Of a stretch of 64,000 bases of DNA, positions 29,706 through 40,497 are shown in pieces. The DNA comes from Alphaproteobacteria bacterium. Lineage in GTDB: Bacteria; Pseudomonadota; Alphaproteobacteria; CACIAM-22H2. Below the pieces are notes generated by a model. The model saw only the letters and a program-made list of their open reading frames with translations. It did not search any database and had not been told where the DNA came from. Both the position numbers and the translations under genes were made by a program. The first letter of the stretch is position 1. Each line of letters starts with the position of its first letter. The DNA lies in assembly GCA_041690495.1 (NCBI GenBank), contig JAWLHE010000004.1, forward strand, positions 139,544 through 203,543, read 5' to 3'.

Positions 29706-29727
29706 GGGCGGGTCCGCGGACCCGCCC
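29706..29727. terminator. Palindromic hairpin downstream of petC (bidirectional intrinsic terminator candidate)
   Basis: GGGCGGGTCC-gc-GGACCCGCCC. It is flanked by TTTTTCTTTT on the plus strand and TTCGTCTTTTC on the minus strand. Confidence 0.6.
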
Positions 29728-29761
29728 TTTTTCTTTTAAAATCAACGCTTTAATGCGCCGC

Positions 29762-30544
29762 TCAGTGCACGTCGCTCCAGATCTTGCGCTTGGCGATATA
29801 GAGCAGGCCGGTGAGAAGCAGCAGGAACAGCACGACCTTCACGCCGAGCCGCTTGCGCGCCTCGAGGTTGGGCTCGGCCGCCCAGGTCAGGAAGGTCGCG
29901 ACATCGCGCGCGAGCTGTTCCTCGGTCGCCTTGGTGCCGTCGGCATAGGTGACCTGGTCCTCGTTGAGCGGCTTCGCCATGGCGATCTGATGGCCGGGGA
30001 AGAACTTGTTGTAGTTCATTCCCTCCATCAGGCTGACGCCTTCCGGCGGGTCGCTATAGCCGGTCAGCAGCGCGTAGATGTAGTCGGCGCCGCCGGCGCG
30101 CGCCTTCGCCATCAGCGACAGGTCCGGCGGGGCGGCGCCGTTATTGGCGGCGCGCGCGGCGTTCTCGTTGGGGAACGGCGCTTTGAAGCGGTCCGACGGG
30201 CGCGCCGGACGCTCGAACATCTCGCCCTGGTCGTTCGGTCCGTCGGTGACCTCGAACTCGGCGGCAATGGCCTTCACCTCGTCCTCGTTATAGCCGAGGC
30301 CGCCGGTGCCGCCGATGCCCGGCGCGCCGAGGTCGCGGTAGCGGAGCTGGTTCATCGAATGGCACGCCGCGCAGACTTCCTTGTAGACTTGGAAGCCTCG
30401 CTGCAACGCCGCGCGATCGAAGGTGCCGAACGGACCCTCGAACTCCCACGTCTGATCGGGGAGCACGATCTCCTCGGCGCCATGCGCCGGTGCGCCCAAG
30501 GCGATCCCGGCAGCGGCGAGTGCGGCAAATGCAAGCTTGCGCAT
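29762..30544 (-). CDS. petC: Cytochrome c1 of the bc1 complex
   Basis: Signal peptide [22 protein letters not shown], heme motif CAACHS, C-terminal TM anchor. The ATG overlaps the petB stop (TGATG). Confidence 0.9.
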   Translation of the reverse strand: MRKLAFAALAAAGIALGAPAHGAEEIVLPDQTWEFEGPFGTFDRAALQRGFQVYKEVCAACHSMNQLRYRDLGAPGIGGTGGLGYNEDEVKAIAAEFEVTDGPNDQGEMFERPARPSDRFKAPFPNENAARAANNGAAPPDLSLMAKARAGGADYIYALLTGYSDPPEGVSLMEGMNYNKFFPGHQIAMAKPLNEDQVTYADGTKATEEQLARDVATFLTWAAEPNLEARKRLGVKVVLFLLLLTGLLYIAKRKIWSDVH

Positions 30545-31818
30545 CAGGCCTTCTCCATCGGCTTGGCGCCGGCGGTGGCCATACGGCCGCCGCCCAGCAC
30601 CGGCTCGCTGATGCTGCGCGGCAGCGGCCGCGGCCGCTCGAACCAGCCGAGCAGCGGCAGCACGATCAGGAAGTGGGCGAAATACCAGAACGTCGCCAGG
30701 CGGCCGATCGTCAGCCACCAGCCTTCCGGCGGATAGGCGCCGGCGAAGCCGAGCACGACGCAGTCGATCGCGAACAGCCAGAAGAACCACTTGAAGACCG
30801 GACGGAAACGGCCGCTGCGCACCCGGCTGGTGTCGAGCCAGGGCAGCACGAACAGGATCAGGATCGACGCGAACATCGCGAGCACGCCGAGCAGCTTGTC
30901 GGGAATGGCGCGCAGGATCGCGTAGTACGGCAGGAAATACCATTCCGGAACGATATGCGCCGGCGTCACCAGTGGATTGGCCGGGATGTAGTTGTCGGGA
31001 TGGCCCATGTAGTTCGGCGCCCAGAACACGACGCCGGCGAAAACGATCATGAACACGGCGATGCCGAACATGTCCTTGATCGTGTAGTACGGGTGGAACG
31101 GGATCTTGTCCTGCGGGCCGTCGGTCTCGATCCCGATCGGGTTGTTCGAGCCGAAGCGGTGCAGCGCCCAGATGTGCAGGACGACCACGCCGACGATCAG
31201 GAACGGCAGCAGGTAATGCAGCGAGAAGAAGCGGTTGAGCGTCGGGTTATCGACCGCGAAGCCGCCCCACAGCCAGGTGACGATGTTCTCGCCGACGATC
31301 GGGAACGCCGAGAACAGGTTGGTGATGACCGTGGCGCCCCAGAAGCTCATCTGGCCCCACGGCAGCACGTAGCCCATGAATGCGGTCGCCATCATCAGCA
31401 GGAGGATGATGACTCCCAGGCCCCACAGCACCTCGCGCGGTGCCTTGTACGACCCGTAATAGAGGCCGCGGAAGATGTGGATGTAGACGACGATGAAGAA
31501 GAACGACGCGCCGTTCATGTGCACGTAGCGGATCAGCCAGCCGTAATTCACGTCGCGCATGATGCGCTCGACGGAATTGAAGGCCATGCTGACATGCGGC
31601 GTGTAGTGCATCGCCAGCACGATGCCGCTGACGATCATGATCACCAGCACGAGGCCGGCGAGGGAGCCGAAGTTCCACCAGTAATTCAGGTTCTTCGGGC
31701 TCGGATACTCGGTGCCGACAGAATGGTTGAGCAGCGAGAAGATCGGCAGCCGGTACTCGATCCACTTGACGACGGGATTGTTCATGTATGCCGGCGGCGG
31801 CACGACAGGATTGGCCAT
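30544..31818 (-). CDS. petB: Cytochrome b of the bc1 complex
   Basis: [34 protein letters not shown]. 424 aa. Confidence 0.95.
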   Translation of the reverse strand: MANPVVPPPAYMNNPVVKWIEYRLPIFSLLNHSVGTEYPSPKNLNYWWNFGSLAGLVLVIMIVSGIVLAMHYTPHVSMAFNSVERIMRDVNYGWLIRYVHMNGASFFFIVVYIHIFRGLYYGSYKAPREVLWGLGVIILLLMMATAFMGYVLPWGQMSFWGATVITNLFSAFPIVGENIVTWLWGGFAVDNPTLNRFFSLHYLLPFLIVGVVVLHIWALHRFGSNNPIGIETDGPQDKIPFHPYYTIKDMFGIAVFMIVFAGVVFWAPNYMGHPDNYIPANPLVTPAHIVPEWYFLPYYAILRAIPDKLLGVLAMFASILILFVLPWLDTSRVRSGRFRPVFKWFFWLFAIDCVVLGFAGAYPPEGWWLTIGRLATFWYFAHFLIVLPLLGWFERPRPLPRSISEPVLGGGRMATAGAKPMEKA

Positions 31819-31828
31819 GGAAGGTGCC

Positions 31829-32386
31829 TCAACCGATGCGGATGGTCGTGTCGGTCACGAAGGTGTAGGGCGGAACCGCGAGGTTCTTGGGCGCTGGCCC
31901 TTTGCGGATGCGGCCCGAGGTATCGTAGTGCGAGCCGTGGCACGGGCAGAACCAGCCGCCGAACTCGCCGCGCGCCTCGGTCGGGCCGGTGCCGAGCGGC
32001 ACGCAGCCGAGATGCGTGCATACGCCGACGAGGATGAGCCATTCCGGCTTCTGCGCGCGCCGCGCGTCGCTCTCGGGATCGGGCAGTTCGTTCACGTCGA
32101 CCGCGCGCGCCTGCTCGATCTGGTCCGGCGTGCGGTGATCGACGAATACCGGCTTGCCGCGCCACATCACCTTGATGCGCTGGCCCGGCTGGACCGGCGA
32201 CAGGTCGACTTCGATCGAGGCCAGCGCGAGCACGTCGGCCGAAGGGTTCATCGAATGGATGAACGGCCACAGCGCCGCAGCGGCGCCGAGCGCGCTGAAC
32301 GCGCCGGCGGCGAGAATCAGAAAATCGCGCCGAGGCTCGTCCGGATGACCGGCGGCGCCAGGCGCGGAATGGGTCGAAGTCGCCAT
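31829..32386 (-). CDS. petA: Ubiquinol-cytochrome c reductase Rieske iron-sulfur subunit
   Basis: Tat-like [10 protein letters not shown]. Rieske boxes CTHLGCVP and [12 protein letters not shown] 32386 has GAAGGAAAG upstream. Confidence 0.93.
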   Translation of the reverse strand: MATSTHSAPGAAGHPDEPRRDFLILAAGAFSALGAAAALWPFIHSMNPSADVLALASIEVDLSPVQPGQRIKVMWRGKPVFVDHRTPDQIEQARAVDVNELPDPESDARRAQKPEWLILVGVCTHLGCVPLGTGPTEARGEFGGWFCPCHGSHYDTSGRIRKGPAPKNLAVPPYTFVTDTTIRIG

Positions 32387-32679
32387 CGAAATCTTTCCTT
32401 CGTCGTTCTGCACGGCACCCGGCGGGCGACTCGTCGCCGCACCGGCCCTTCGCGCAGGCGTTGCACGGAGGGGCGCCTCTTATAGACGCATGCGGTCCCA
32501 AAAATCAGGTACGCCGCGCGCCGGACGCGACCCGTGCGACAACCTGCCGCAGCCGCGCGCGCGAGTCCGTGCGTGTGGTCGCCGGACGGGCGTTGGGTAT
32601 AATGAAAGCAATCAAGCTTGCCAAGCGTTTGCGGCCCATCCGCGTGCCGCGGCGACGCCCCCGAACCTGCCATCGAACC

Positions 32680-33153
32680 ATGCGCCTCGCCCTGTACCAG
32701 CCTGACATCCCGCAGAACACCGGCGCCATGCTGCGCCTCGCCGCCTGCCTTGGCGTGGGCGTCGATCTGATCGAGCCGTGCGGCTTCGTCTGGTCGGATG
32801 CCAAGCTCCGTCGCGCCGGAATGGACTATCTCGGTGGGGTAGCACTGCACCGCCATGCCTCGTGGAACGCGTTCCGCGGCCGGCGGTCCGGCTCCGGCCG
32901 GCTGGTGCTGCTGACCACGCGCGGCAATACCGCGCTGCCCGGTTTCGCCTTCCGGCCGGACGACGTGCTGATGGTCGGACAAGAGAGCGCCGGCGTCCCG
33001 GCGGAGGTGCATGACGCTGCCGCGGCCAGACTCGTCATCCCGATGGCCTCCGGCATGCGCTCGCTCAATGTCGCGCTCGCCGCAGCGCTCGCGCTGGGCG
33101 AGGCGCTGCGCCAGACCGAAGGCTGGCCTTCGGCGCTGCCGCTCGCGTCATGA
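32680..33153 (+). CDS. trmL: tRNA (cytidine/uridine-2'-O-)-methyltransferase TrmL (SpoU family)
   Basis: [41 protein letters not shown]. Start moved to ATG 32680. Confidence 0.88.
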   Translation: MRLALYQPDIPQNTGAMLRLAACLGVGVDLIEPCGFVWSDAKLRRAGMDYLGGVALHRHASWNAFRGRRSGSGRLVLLTTRGNTALPGFAFRPDDVLMVGQESAGVPAEVHDAAAARLVIPMASGMRSLNVALAAALALGEALRQTEGWPSALPLAS

Positions 33154-33998
33154 CTTCGACCGAGGCACAGCGCGCGCAGGCCGCGTCCTGGTTCGAGACT
33201 CTGCGCGACCGGATCTGCGCGGCATTCGAGCGCATCGAGGACGACCTCACCGGCACCCATGCGGTCCTGCCGCCGGGCCGCTTCGTGCGCAAGGCCTGGC
33301 AGCGGCCCGGCGGCGGCGGCGGCGTGATGTCGATCATGCACGGACGCGTATTCGAGAAGGTCGGAGTCAACATCTCGACCGTGCATGGCGAATTCAGTCC
33401 CGAGTTCCGCGCGCAGATTCCCGGCACCACCGACGACCCGCGTTTCTGGGCGAGCGGCATTTCGCTGGTGGCGCATATGCGCTCGCCGCTCGTGCCGGCC
33501 GTGCACATGAACACGCGGCACGTGGCGACGACGCGGGCGTGGTTCGGCGGCGGCGCCGATCTCACGCCGATGTTTCCCGACCCGCACGATACGGCCGATT
33601 TCCATGCGGTGCTGAAGCGCGCCTGCGACGCGCACGATCCCGGATACTATCCGCGCTTCGGGAAGTGGTGCGACGAGTACTTCTTCCTGAAGCATCGCGA
33701 CGAGCCGCGCGGCGTCGGCGGCATCTTCTACGACAACCTCGACACCGGCGACTGGGACCGCGACTTCGCCTTCACCCGCGATGTCGGCCTCGCCTTCCTC
33801 GACATCTACCCGCAGCTGGTGCGGCGGCACATGAACCGGGCGTGGACGGCGGAGCAGCGCGACTTCCAGCTCGTGCGCCGCGGCCGCTATGTCGAGTTCA
33901 ACCTGCTCTACGACCGCGGCACCAAGTTCGGCCTGATGACCGGCGGCAATGTCGAAGCGATCCTGATGTCGCTTCCGCCCGAGGCGAAGTGGCCATAG
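33150..33998 (+). CDS. hemF: Oxygen-dependent coproporphyrinogen III oxidase
   Basis: [46 protein letters not shown] overlap with trmL. Confidence 0.93.
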   Translation: MTSTEAQRAQAASWFETLRDRICAAFERIEDDLTGTHAVLPPGRFVRKAWQRPGGGGGVMSIMHGRVFEKVGVNISTVHGEFSPEFRAQIPGTTDDPRFWASGISLVAHMRSPLVPAVHMNTRHVATTRAWFGGGADLTPMFPDPHDTADFHAVLKRACDAHDPGYYPRFGKWCDEYFFLKHRDEPRGVGGIFYDNLDTGDWDRDFAFTRDVGLAFLDIYPQLVRRHMNRAWTAEQRDFQLVRRGRYVEFNLLYDRGTKFGLMTGGNVEAILMSLPPEAKWP

Positions 33999-34052
33999 CC
34001 TGTTGCGTTGCAGCCGGGGGAGTAGAGTTAAGATTCGCTCTTTTCGTCCCGA

Positions 34053-34691
34053 TCATTCGAACCACTTGCGCCAGGCGGGCCAGTTCCCGATCAGCTCCGC
34101 CATCACGGCATAGCCCGGCGCGGTCGGGTGGATGCCGTCGCCCCCTGCCATCGATTTCGCGAAGCGCGGATCGGCGGAGAGCGGCGTAAACAGGTCGAGA
34201 TAGGGCACGCCGAGCTCGTCGCACAGCGCCGCGAGCGCCGACGACGTCGCCGCGATACGCGCGTCCTGCACCTCGCGCGGCTGGCCGGGGTTAAGGCTCA
34301 GGGTCAGCGATTCGCGCAGCACCGGCGTCGGGCCGATCATCAAGGTCGGCTTCCACGCTTTCGCTGCCGCAAGAATGCGGCGCGCGGCGGCGATGCTCGG
34401 CCCCGGCTCGACGCGCAGCCTGCCATCGGCCTCGCGCGCGGTATCGTTGATGCCGAACGAGAAGACCAGGGTGGCCGGATGCATGTCGGGCAGCCGCGCC
34501 GCGCATTCAGCGCGCCAGCGCGCCTCGATCATCTCCGACGTGTCGCCGCGAATGCCGAGATTGTAATGGCTGATGTCGTGGCCGCGCGCGCGTTCGGCGG
34601 CGCACAGCCGCCCCGGCCAGCCGAGATATTCGTCGTCGCCCGTGCCGTTGGTGATGCTGTCGCCGACGAAGCAGATGCGCAACGCGACCAT
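34053..34691 (-). CDS. SGNH/GDSL hydrolase family protein
   Basis: Block I FVGDSITNGTGD, block III FGINDT, block V DGIHPT. Confidence 0.75.
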   Translation of the reverse strand: MVALRICFVGDSITNGTGDDEYLGWPGRLCAAERARGHDISHYNLGIRGDTSEMIEARWRAECAARLPDMHPATLVFSFGINDTAREADGRLRVEPGPSIAAARRILAAAKAWKPTLMIGPTPVLRESLTLSLNPGQPREVQDARIAATSSALAALCDELGVPYLDLFTPLSADPRFAKSMAGGDGIHPTAPGYAVMAELIGNWPAWRKWFE

Positions 34692-34698
34692 GGTCCGT

Positions 34699-35661
34699 TC
34701 ACCCTCTCAACAGCATCTCGATCGTGCGCTGCACGTCTAGGGCCTCCCGCAGCGTCGGCAGGGTGTTCGGGCGCGCTTCGAGGAGGGCAGCAAGCTGGTC
34801 GAGCTGCGCGGCGCCGGCATGCACGCGCATCGCGTCGATCGAACTCGATTCGACGGCGCTCCACGTCCCACCCTCCTCGCGCTCGAGCCCGTGCCAGTCG
34901 CGGATGCGCATGGCGCCGCGCGTTCCCGTCACCGTCCACAGATTGTGATCGTCCGCCTCTCCAGCCACGCGCCCGTCGAGCGTCACGCCGACATCGCCGG
35001 CGCTCAGGTCGGCGACAATCGCGCGTTCCGACTCCTCGGCATTCCGGCGCTCGATATTGCTCGACAGCACGGCGAGCGGCCCGACGAGCCGCTGCGTGGT
35101 GAATATGAAATGCGAGACGACCTCGCGCACGAAGCCGCCCTCGCGCGCGCCGGTGAGCCAGCTTGCCGCATCGTGCTGCCAGCCGCGCGGCCAGCGCGCA
35201 AAGCGGACATGGACGTCGATGTGCCGGATCGGCCCGAGCGAGCCCGCCGCAACCGCCTCGGCGATCCGCACGAAGGACGGTGCCGTCGCGAGCGAAAAAT
35301 TCACGCCGGCTTTGCGCCGCTCCGCTTCGGCCCGCGCGACAAGCGCCGCGCCCTGGGCGTCATCGACGGTCAGCGGCTTTTCGCAGAACGCCGCCTTGCC
35401 GCGATCGAACGCGGCATGCGCGTGCGTTGCATGGCTCGCCGGAGGCGAGGCGATGTAGATGCAGTCGACGTCGTCGCGCGCCACGAGCGCGCGCGAATCG
35501 CCTGCGGCGGCGGTCGCAGGATGCGCGGCGCGAAGCCGGTCGAGCGCCGCGCGGTCGGGGTCCCATGCCGCGGCGAGCGCGAAGCCGGGATGCGCCGCGA
35601 TGCGGTCCGCCATGCGCCGCCCCATGATGCCGGCGCCGATAAGTCCGATGCGATGAGCCAT
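34699..35661 (-). CDS. Gfo/Idh/MocA family oxidoreductase
   Basis: Rossmann IGLIGAGIMGRR and FCEKPL motif. Start moved to ATG 35661, overlapping the upstream stop (TGATG). The 557-aa track ORF is over-extended. Confidence 0.8.
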   Translation of the reverse strand: MAHRIGLIGAGIMGRRMADRIAAHPGFALAAAWDPDRAALDRLRAAHPATAAAGDSRALVARDDVDCIYIASPPASHATHAHAAFDRGKAAFCEKPLTVDDAQGAALVARAEAERRKAGVNFSLATAPSFVRIAEAVAAGSLGPIRHIDVHVRFARWPRGWQHDAASWLTGAREGGFVREVVSHFIFTTQRLVGPLAVLSSNIERRNAEESERAIVADLSAGDVGVTLDGRVAGEADDHNLWTVTGTRGAMRIRDWHGLEREEGGTWSAVESSSIDAMRVHAGAAQLDQLAALLEARPNTLPTLREALDVQRTIEMLLRG

Positions 35662-36950
35662 CAGCCCCCCAGGCTTCGCTCGCTGATTAGCGCCTTGAGC
35701 TTGGCCAGGCAATCCTCGCGCGTGGCGCGATAGTCGGCCTCCTCCCACCAGCGCTCGACCTCGGCCAGCAGGCGGCCGATCTCGGGACCGGCCGGCACGC
35801 CGAGATCGATCGCGTCCTGCCCCTTGACCGGCAGCTCCACCGGCGTCCACGCGTCGGCGACCGCCAGCAGCGCGCGATAGCGCGTGGCATCGCCCGGTGA
35901 CTCGGCCCAGCCGAGCAGCGCAAGTTCGCGGAACGATGCCGCCCCCAGCCGCCGCAGCATACGGCGCGTCGCGGCTTCGTCGAGGTCGGCAGGCACCTGG
36001 AGCTCCGGTGCCGCCATGTCGGCGAGCCGGTCGCGCTTCGCGTTGGAAAGCCTGAGCCGCGTCGCCACGGCGAGCGCTGCAGCCGGATCGCCCGGCAACA
36101 GTGCCGCGAGACGACGGACGGCGTCGCGGTCGCCGATGTCGTCTTCGATCAGCACCAGCATGCGCAGCCGCGTTGAATCGGTCGCCTCGGGCAGAATTTG
36201 CTGCAGCACGCCGTGTTCGCGCATCAACTCGACCGCAGTCGCCGGATCGGGCGCCAGCAGCAGCCGCTTGATCTCGCTCGCCACGCGCTCGCCCGACAGT
36301 GTCGGCAAGAGGTTCGCCAGCCGGCTGCAGGCCGCAAGCGCGTCGCGGTCGGGCGTTCCGTCGCCATACCAAGCGTGGAAACGGAAGAAGCGCAACAGGC
36401 GCAGCACATCCTCCCGGATCCGCGCCTCGGGCTCGCCGACAAAGCGGACACGGCCGGACCTGAGATCGTCGAGCCCGCCGAACGGATCGTGAAGCGTGCC
36501 ATCCGGCTCGGCCGAAACGGCATTGATGGTGAAGTCTCGACGCGCCGCATCGGCATTCCAGTCGGCTGTGAACGCCACCCGGGCGTGACGGCCGAATGTC
36601 TCGACATCGCGGCGCAGTGTCGTGATCTCGAAATGCTTCCCGCCCACGACGGCGGTGACGGTGCCGTGCTCTATGCCGGTCGGTACGACGCGGATGCCGG
36701 CACGCTCGAGCCGCTGCATCACGACTTCGGGCGGATCTGGCGTCGCGATGTCGATGTCCTTGACCGCGCGACCGACCAGGGCATCGCGCACGCAGCCGCC
36801 GACGAAGCGCGCCTGACCGCCCGCGGCGGTCAGCGCGTCGAGTACCGCGCGCGTTTCCGGGGCCGTCATCCAGGGCTGTGGCTCGAGCCGGTCCGGCAGC
36901 TTTCGCAAGGTCGTCACCGATCGTCGCGGGGCGCGATAACGAACCCGCAT
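35661..36950 (-). CDS. cca: CCA tRNA nucleotidyltransferase / poly(A) polymerase family protein
   Basis: FVGGCVRDALVGR..DIDIAT head domain. The start could also be ATG 36869 (MTAPETR..). Confidence 0.75.
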   Translation of the reverse strand: MRVRYRAPRRSVTTLRKLPDRLEPQPWMTAPETRAVLDALTAAGGQARFVGGCVRDALVGRAVKDIDIATPDPPEVVMQRLERAGIRVVPTGIEHGTVTAVVGGKHFEITTLRRDVETFGRHARVAFTADWNADAARRDFTINAVSAEPDGTLHDPFGGLDDLRSGRVRFVGEPEARIREDVLRLLRFFRFHAWYGDGTPDRDALAACSRLANLLPTLSGERVASEIKRLLLAPDPATAVELMREHGVLQQILPEATDSTRLRMLVLIEDDIGDRDAVRRLAALLPGDPAAALAVATRLRLSNAKRDRLADMAAPELQVPADLDEAATRRMLRRLGAASFRELALLGWAESPGDATRYRALLAVADAWTPVELPVKGQDAIDLGVPAGPEIGRLLAEVERWWEEADYRATREDCLAKLKALISERSLGG

Positions 36951-36968
36951 TCTGGCACAGTTGTCACG

Positions 36969-37262
36969 CTATTGCTGAGGCGCCGGCTCGACATGGCCGG
37001 GCACGATGCGGCCGTCCTCGACCCGCGGCGGCACGTACCGGCCGGAAATATCGGCACCGCCGAACAGGGCCGATGCGATCGCGATGAGCACCGCGAGGAC
37101 GACACCGATGGCCGCCAGCCACAGCCACGGCGCGTCGTGCCAGTGCGGCGCGTCGCCCGCGCCCGCGCGCGCGATGCGGCGGCGCTCGGCCGCCAGCCAC
37201 GCGAAATACACCGCGGTCGGCAGGACGATCGGCAGGATGTACTGGAACAGGATTCGGGCCAT
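36969..37262 (-). CDS. Small two-TM membrane protein, function unknown
   Basis: 97 aa. Hydrophobic helices ILFQYILPIVLPTAVYFAWL and WLWLAAIGVVLAVLIAIASALF. Sits between the Nudix and CCA genes. Confidence 0.5.
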   Translation of the reverse strand: MARILFQYILPIVLPTAVYFAWLAAERRRIARAGAGDAPHWHDAPWLWLAAIGVVLAVLIAIASALFGGADISGRYVPPRVEDGRIVPGHVEPAPQQ

Positions 37263-37280
37263 GGCGGATCGCGGGCGCGC

Positions 37281-37916
37281 TCAGCGGCGCAGGACTTCCG
37301 AAAGGTTCACAAGCATCGCGGCGGTCGCACCCCAGATATAATAATCGCGGTACGGCATCGCCCAGAACTGCCGCTCAACGCCATCGTACACGCGGCTGTG
37401 ACGCCGGTGATTGGCTGGATCGACGACGAAACCGAGCGGCACCTCGAACACCTCGGCCACCTCGAAGGTGTCCGGGCGCAACGTGAACGGCGGCCGGACG
37501 ATACCGACCACCGGCACGATCTCGAATCCGGTGCGGGTCTGGTAGGTGTCGAGCCTGCCGACGATCTCGGTGCGGTCCGACGTCAGCCCGACCTCCTCCT
37601 CGGCCTCGCGCAAAGCGCAGTCGACCGGATTGGTGTCGCAGGGATCCACCCGGCCGCCCGGAAAGCTGATCTGCCCGGCATGGGAGTTGAGATGCGCGGA
37701 GCGGCGGGTCAGCAGCAGGGTCGGCTCGCCCTCCCGCGCAACGATCGGGACCAGGACTGCCGCCGCAGTGAGCGGCGAATCCGGAGCGAGATCGGGATTG
37801 AGATCATGATCGCCGCGAACACGCTGTCCGCCGGAGCGGCGTATGCCGATATCGATCGACGCCGCCTGCAGGCGTTTGACGATCAGGTCGATGGCGGAAG
37901 CATCGTCGGTGCGCAT
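37281..37916 (-). CDS. Nudix hydrolase, CoA pyrophosphatase-like
   Basis: Nudix box GGRVDPCDTNPVDCALREAEEEVGL. Confidence 0.75.
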   Translation of the reverse strand: MRTDDASAIDLIVKRLQAASIDIGIRRSGGQRVRGDHDLNPDLAPDSPLTAAAVLVPIVAREGEPTLLLTRRSAHLNSHAGQISFPGGRVDPCDTNPVDCALREAEEEVGLTSDRTEIVGRLDTYQTRTGFEIVPVVGIVRPPFTLRPDTFEVAEVFEVPLGFVVDPANHRRHSRVYDGVERQFWAMPYRDYYIWGATAAMLVNLSEVLRR

Positions 37917-37937
37917 GATCCCTGTTTCAGTACCTGC

Positions 37938-38528
37938 CTATTCCAAAGTGCCGAGGCGGAAAAACGTCCCCTCGCTCCATACGCCGAATACCTCCCTACC
38001 GTCCAATACCTCGCTGACGCCGAGGTCGACCAGCTGGTAGAAGACGGGCCGCGAGATCAGGGCCTCGAGCCCGTCGCGTACATGAATATATGGTGACGGT
38101 TCGCCGGTATCGGGATGCTCCGCGACGCGGATCGGGTGCTCGGGCCCCGCGACGATGTCTTCATCGACATTTGTGCGGAAGACGAGCCGCTGCGACCCTC
38201 CGGCACCCGAGGCCGTCAAGGCCACCGCGGTGAACGGCGCATCGTCGACATCGATCAGACCGCGCTCGGCAGGCGTTACCAGCAAGTAACGGCCGGCCTC
38301 GTCGCGCCGCAGGACGCTGGCAAAGAGCTTTACCAGCGGTTTGCGGGTGATCGGCGAGCCGTGATAAAACCACGTGCCGTCACGCGCGATGCGGATGTTG
38401 AAATGTCCGCACGACGCGGTGTCGGGATGCAGGGAGTCGGCGGCGCGGGAATCGCCGCCGGGGACATCCAGGCGCCGGACGAGCTCGACTGGATCTGGAC
38501 CCCGGTCAACGGGCGGGGCGTTGGTCAT
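37938..38528 (-). CDS. DUF1285 domain protein
   Basis: FNIRIARDGTWFYHGSPITRKPLVKLFASVL matches my memory of DUF1285. Start moved to ATG 38528. Confidence 0.7.
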   Translation of the reverse strand: MTNAPPVDRGPDPVELVRRLDVPGGDSRAADSLHPDTASCGHFNIRIARDGTWFYHGSPITRKPLVKLFASVLRRDEAGRYLLVTPAERGLIDVDDAPFTAVALTASGAGGSQRLVFRTNVDEDIVAGPEHPIRVAEHPDTGEPSPYIHVRDGLEALISRPVFYQLVDLGVSEVLDGREVFGVWSEGTFFRLGTLE

Positions 38529-38564
38529 TGTCGATGTGCACTCGTTGACCCGAGAGAGGCTGCA

Positions 38565-39584
38565 TTGAACGCTCCCGAGCCCAAATTCGCTCCTGTTCCC
38601 CCAACTTCGCACGAATTGATTGCTGAAATCGAGAAGCTTGGCGAACGCTTGCGCCAGGTCCGCGAGCGGATCGGTCGCGTGATCTTCGGCCAGACACAGG
38701 TCATCGACAACTCGCTTATTACCCTGCTCGGTGGGGGGCACGCGCTGCTTATCGGCGTGCCGGGCCTCGCCAAGACCCGCCTGGTCGAAACCCTGGGCGC
38801 CGTGCTCGGCCTTGCCGAGAAGCGCGTCCAGTGTACGCCGGACCTGATGCCCGCCGACATCCTCGGTTCCGAGGTGCTCGAGGAATCAGAGAGCGGCCGG
38901 CGTTCGTTCCGCTTCATTCCGGGTCCGGTGTTCAGCCAGCTCCTCATGGCCGACGAGATCAACCGCGCCAGCCCGCGAACTCAATCGGCGCTGCTGCAGG
39001 CGATGCAGGAGCGCCGCGTCTCCGTTGCCGGCGCTTACCATGAGCTGCCGACGCCGTTTCACGTCCTGGCGACGCAGAACCCGCTGGAGCAGGAAGGCAC
39101 ATATCCCCTCCCCGAGGCCCAGCTCGACCGCTTCCTGATGCAGATCGACGTGTCCTATCCCGACCTCGAAGCGGAGCGGTCGATGCTGATCGCCACGACC
39201 GGGGTCGGGAGCGACACAGCGATCCAGGCGATGACTGCCGCCGAACTCGAAGCGGCCCAGCTGCTGATCCGGCGCGTGCCGGTCGGCGACAGCGTCGTTG
39301 AATCGATCCTGAAGCTCGTCCGTTCCGGCCGGCCCGAGACGTCGGACATCGCCGAGGTCACGCGCCATGTCGTGTGGGGGCCCGGCCCTCGCGCGAGTCA
39401 GGCGCTGATGCTCGCGGTCAGGGCGCGCGCCGTCATGGACGGCCGTCTTGCACCATCGGTCGACGACGTGCTGGCGCTAGCACATCCCGTTCTCCGCCAT
39501 CGCATGGCGCTCAATTTTGCGGCGCGCGCAGACGGCGTGACCATGGACAAGGTGATCGACCGGCTTTGCGAACCCTTGACCTGA
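38565..39584 (+). CDS. MoxR-family AAA+ ATPase
   Basis: Walker A LLIGVPGLAKT, Walker B/sensor LLMADEINRASPRTQSALLQAMQE. TTG start has GAGAGAGG upstream. The longer track ORF overlaps DUF1285 antisense. Confidence 0.9.
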   Translation: MNAPEPKFAPVPPTSHELIAEIEKLGERLRQVRERIGRVIFGQTQVIDNSLITLLGGGHALLIGVPGLAKTRLVETLGAVLGLAEKRVQCTPDLMPADILGSEVLEESESGRRSFRFIPGPVFSQLLMADEINRASPRTQSALLQAMQERRVSVAGAYHELPTPFHVLATQNPLEQEGTYPLPEAQLDRFLMQIDVSYPDLEAERSMLIATTGVGSDTAIQAMTAAELEAAQLLIRRVPVGDSVVESILKLVRSGRPETSDIAEVTRHVVWGPGPRASQALMLAVRARAVMDGRLAPSVDDVLALAHPVLRHRMALNFAARADGVTMDKVIDRLCEPLT

Positions 39585-39612
39585 CGCCCCGCCGATCCGG
39601 AGCGCCAAAGGC

Positions 39613-40497
39613 ATGAAGGACGCCGTCACGGCTCAGCAGCGGGCCGAGGAGCTGGCCAGTCGATTGCCGCCGCTGATGGTTGCCGCGGAGCGGGTCGCCT
39701 CGACCGTCGCGCAGGGCGTGCATGGCCGCCGCCGGGTCGGAACCGGCGAAGCTTTCTGGCAGTTCCGCCAGTATGAGTTCGGCGATTCGCTGCAGCGGAT
39801 CGACTGGCGCCAGACGGGCAAGCGCGACCGAGTCTATATCCGCGAAACCGAATGGGAGGCGGCCCAGAGCGTCTGGGTGTGGCGCGATGCCTCGCCGTCG
39901 ATGCGATACCGTTCCGATCCGCGGCTGCCGGAGAAGGCGGAGCGCGCCAACCTGCTGGCCCTAGCGCTGATGGCGCTGCTGATGCGCGGCGGCGAGCGGG
40001 TCGGTCTGGTCGGCTCGGGCCTGCCGCCAACTTCGGGGCGCAGCGGTCTGTCGCAGTTCGCACAGGCGATGCTGCTGGCTGGCGCGGATGAGCGCGGATT
40101 GCCGCCTGCGGTCCCGCTGCCGCGCCATTCGGAAGTCATTTTGTTCGGCGATTTCCTGTCGCCCCTGCCCGAAATCGACCGCTCGGTGCGGGCTATAGCA
40201 GGACGGGGAATCAAGGGCCATATCATGCAGGTGCTCGACCCCGCCGAGGAAGATCTGCCGTTCACCGGACGGACCCGGTTCGAAGGCCTCGAAGCCGAGG
40301 GCGAGGCATTGATCCCGCGTGTGGAAAGCGTGCGCGCCGAATATCAGACATTGCTGGCCACGCATGTACGCGGCATTGCCGATATCGCCCGCGCGGTCGG
40401 CTGGGGATTCATGAGCTACCGCACCGACCGCCCGGCGCAGGCGGCCCTGCTGGAGCTGTTCGTGGCGCTGTCACGGCCACCGGAGATGGTGCGGTGA
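39613..40497 (+). CDS. DUF58 domain protein (MoxR partner, vWA-like)
   Basis: GEAFWQFRQYEFGDSLQRIDWRQTGKRDRVYIRE. Confidence 0.85.
   Translation: MKDAVTAQQRAEELASRLPPLMVAAERVASTVAQGVHGRRRVGTGEAFWQFRQYEFGDSLQRIDWRQTGKRDRVYIRETEWEAAQSVWVWRDASPSMRYRSDPRLPEKAERANLLALALMALLMRGGERVGLVGSGLPPTSGRSGLSQFAQAMLLAGADERGLPPAVPLPRHSEVILFGDFLSPLPEIDRSVRAIAGRGIKGHIMQVLDPAEEDLPFTGRTRFEGLEAEGEALIPRVESVRAEYQTLLATHVRGIADIARAVGWGFMSYRTDRPAQAALLELFVALSRPPEMVR

Noticed and set aside
30542-30546. A frameshift or pseudogene at the cytochrome b/c1 junction.
   Set aside because: Both ORFs are full length with intact motifs. The TGATG overlap is a normal coupling arrangement, with no sign of disruption.
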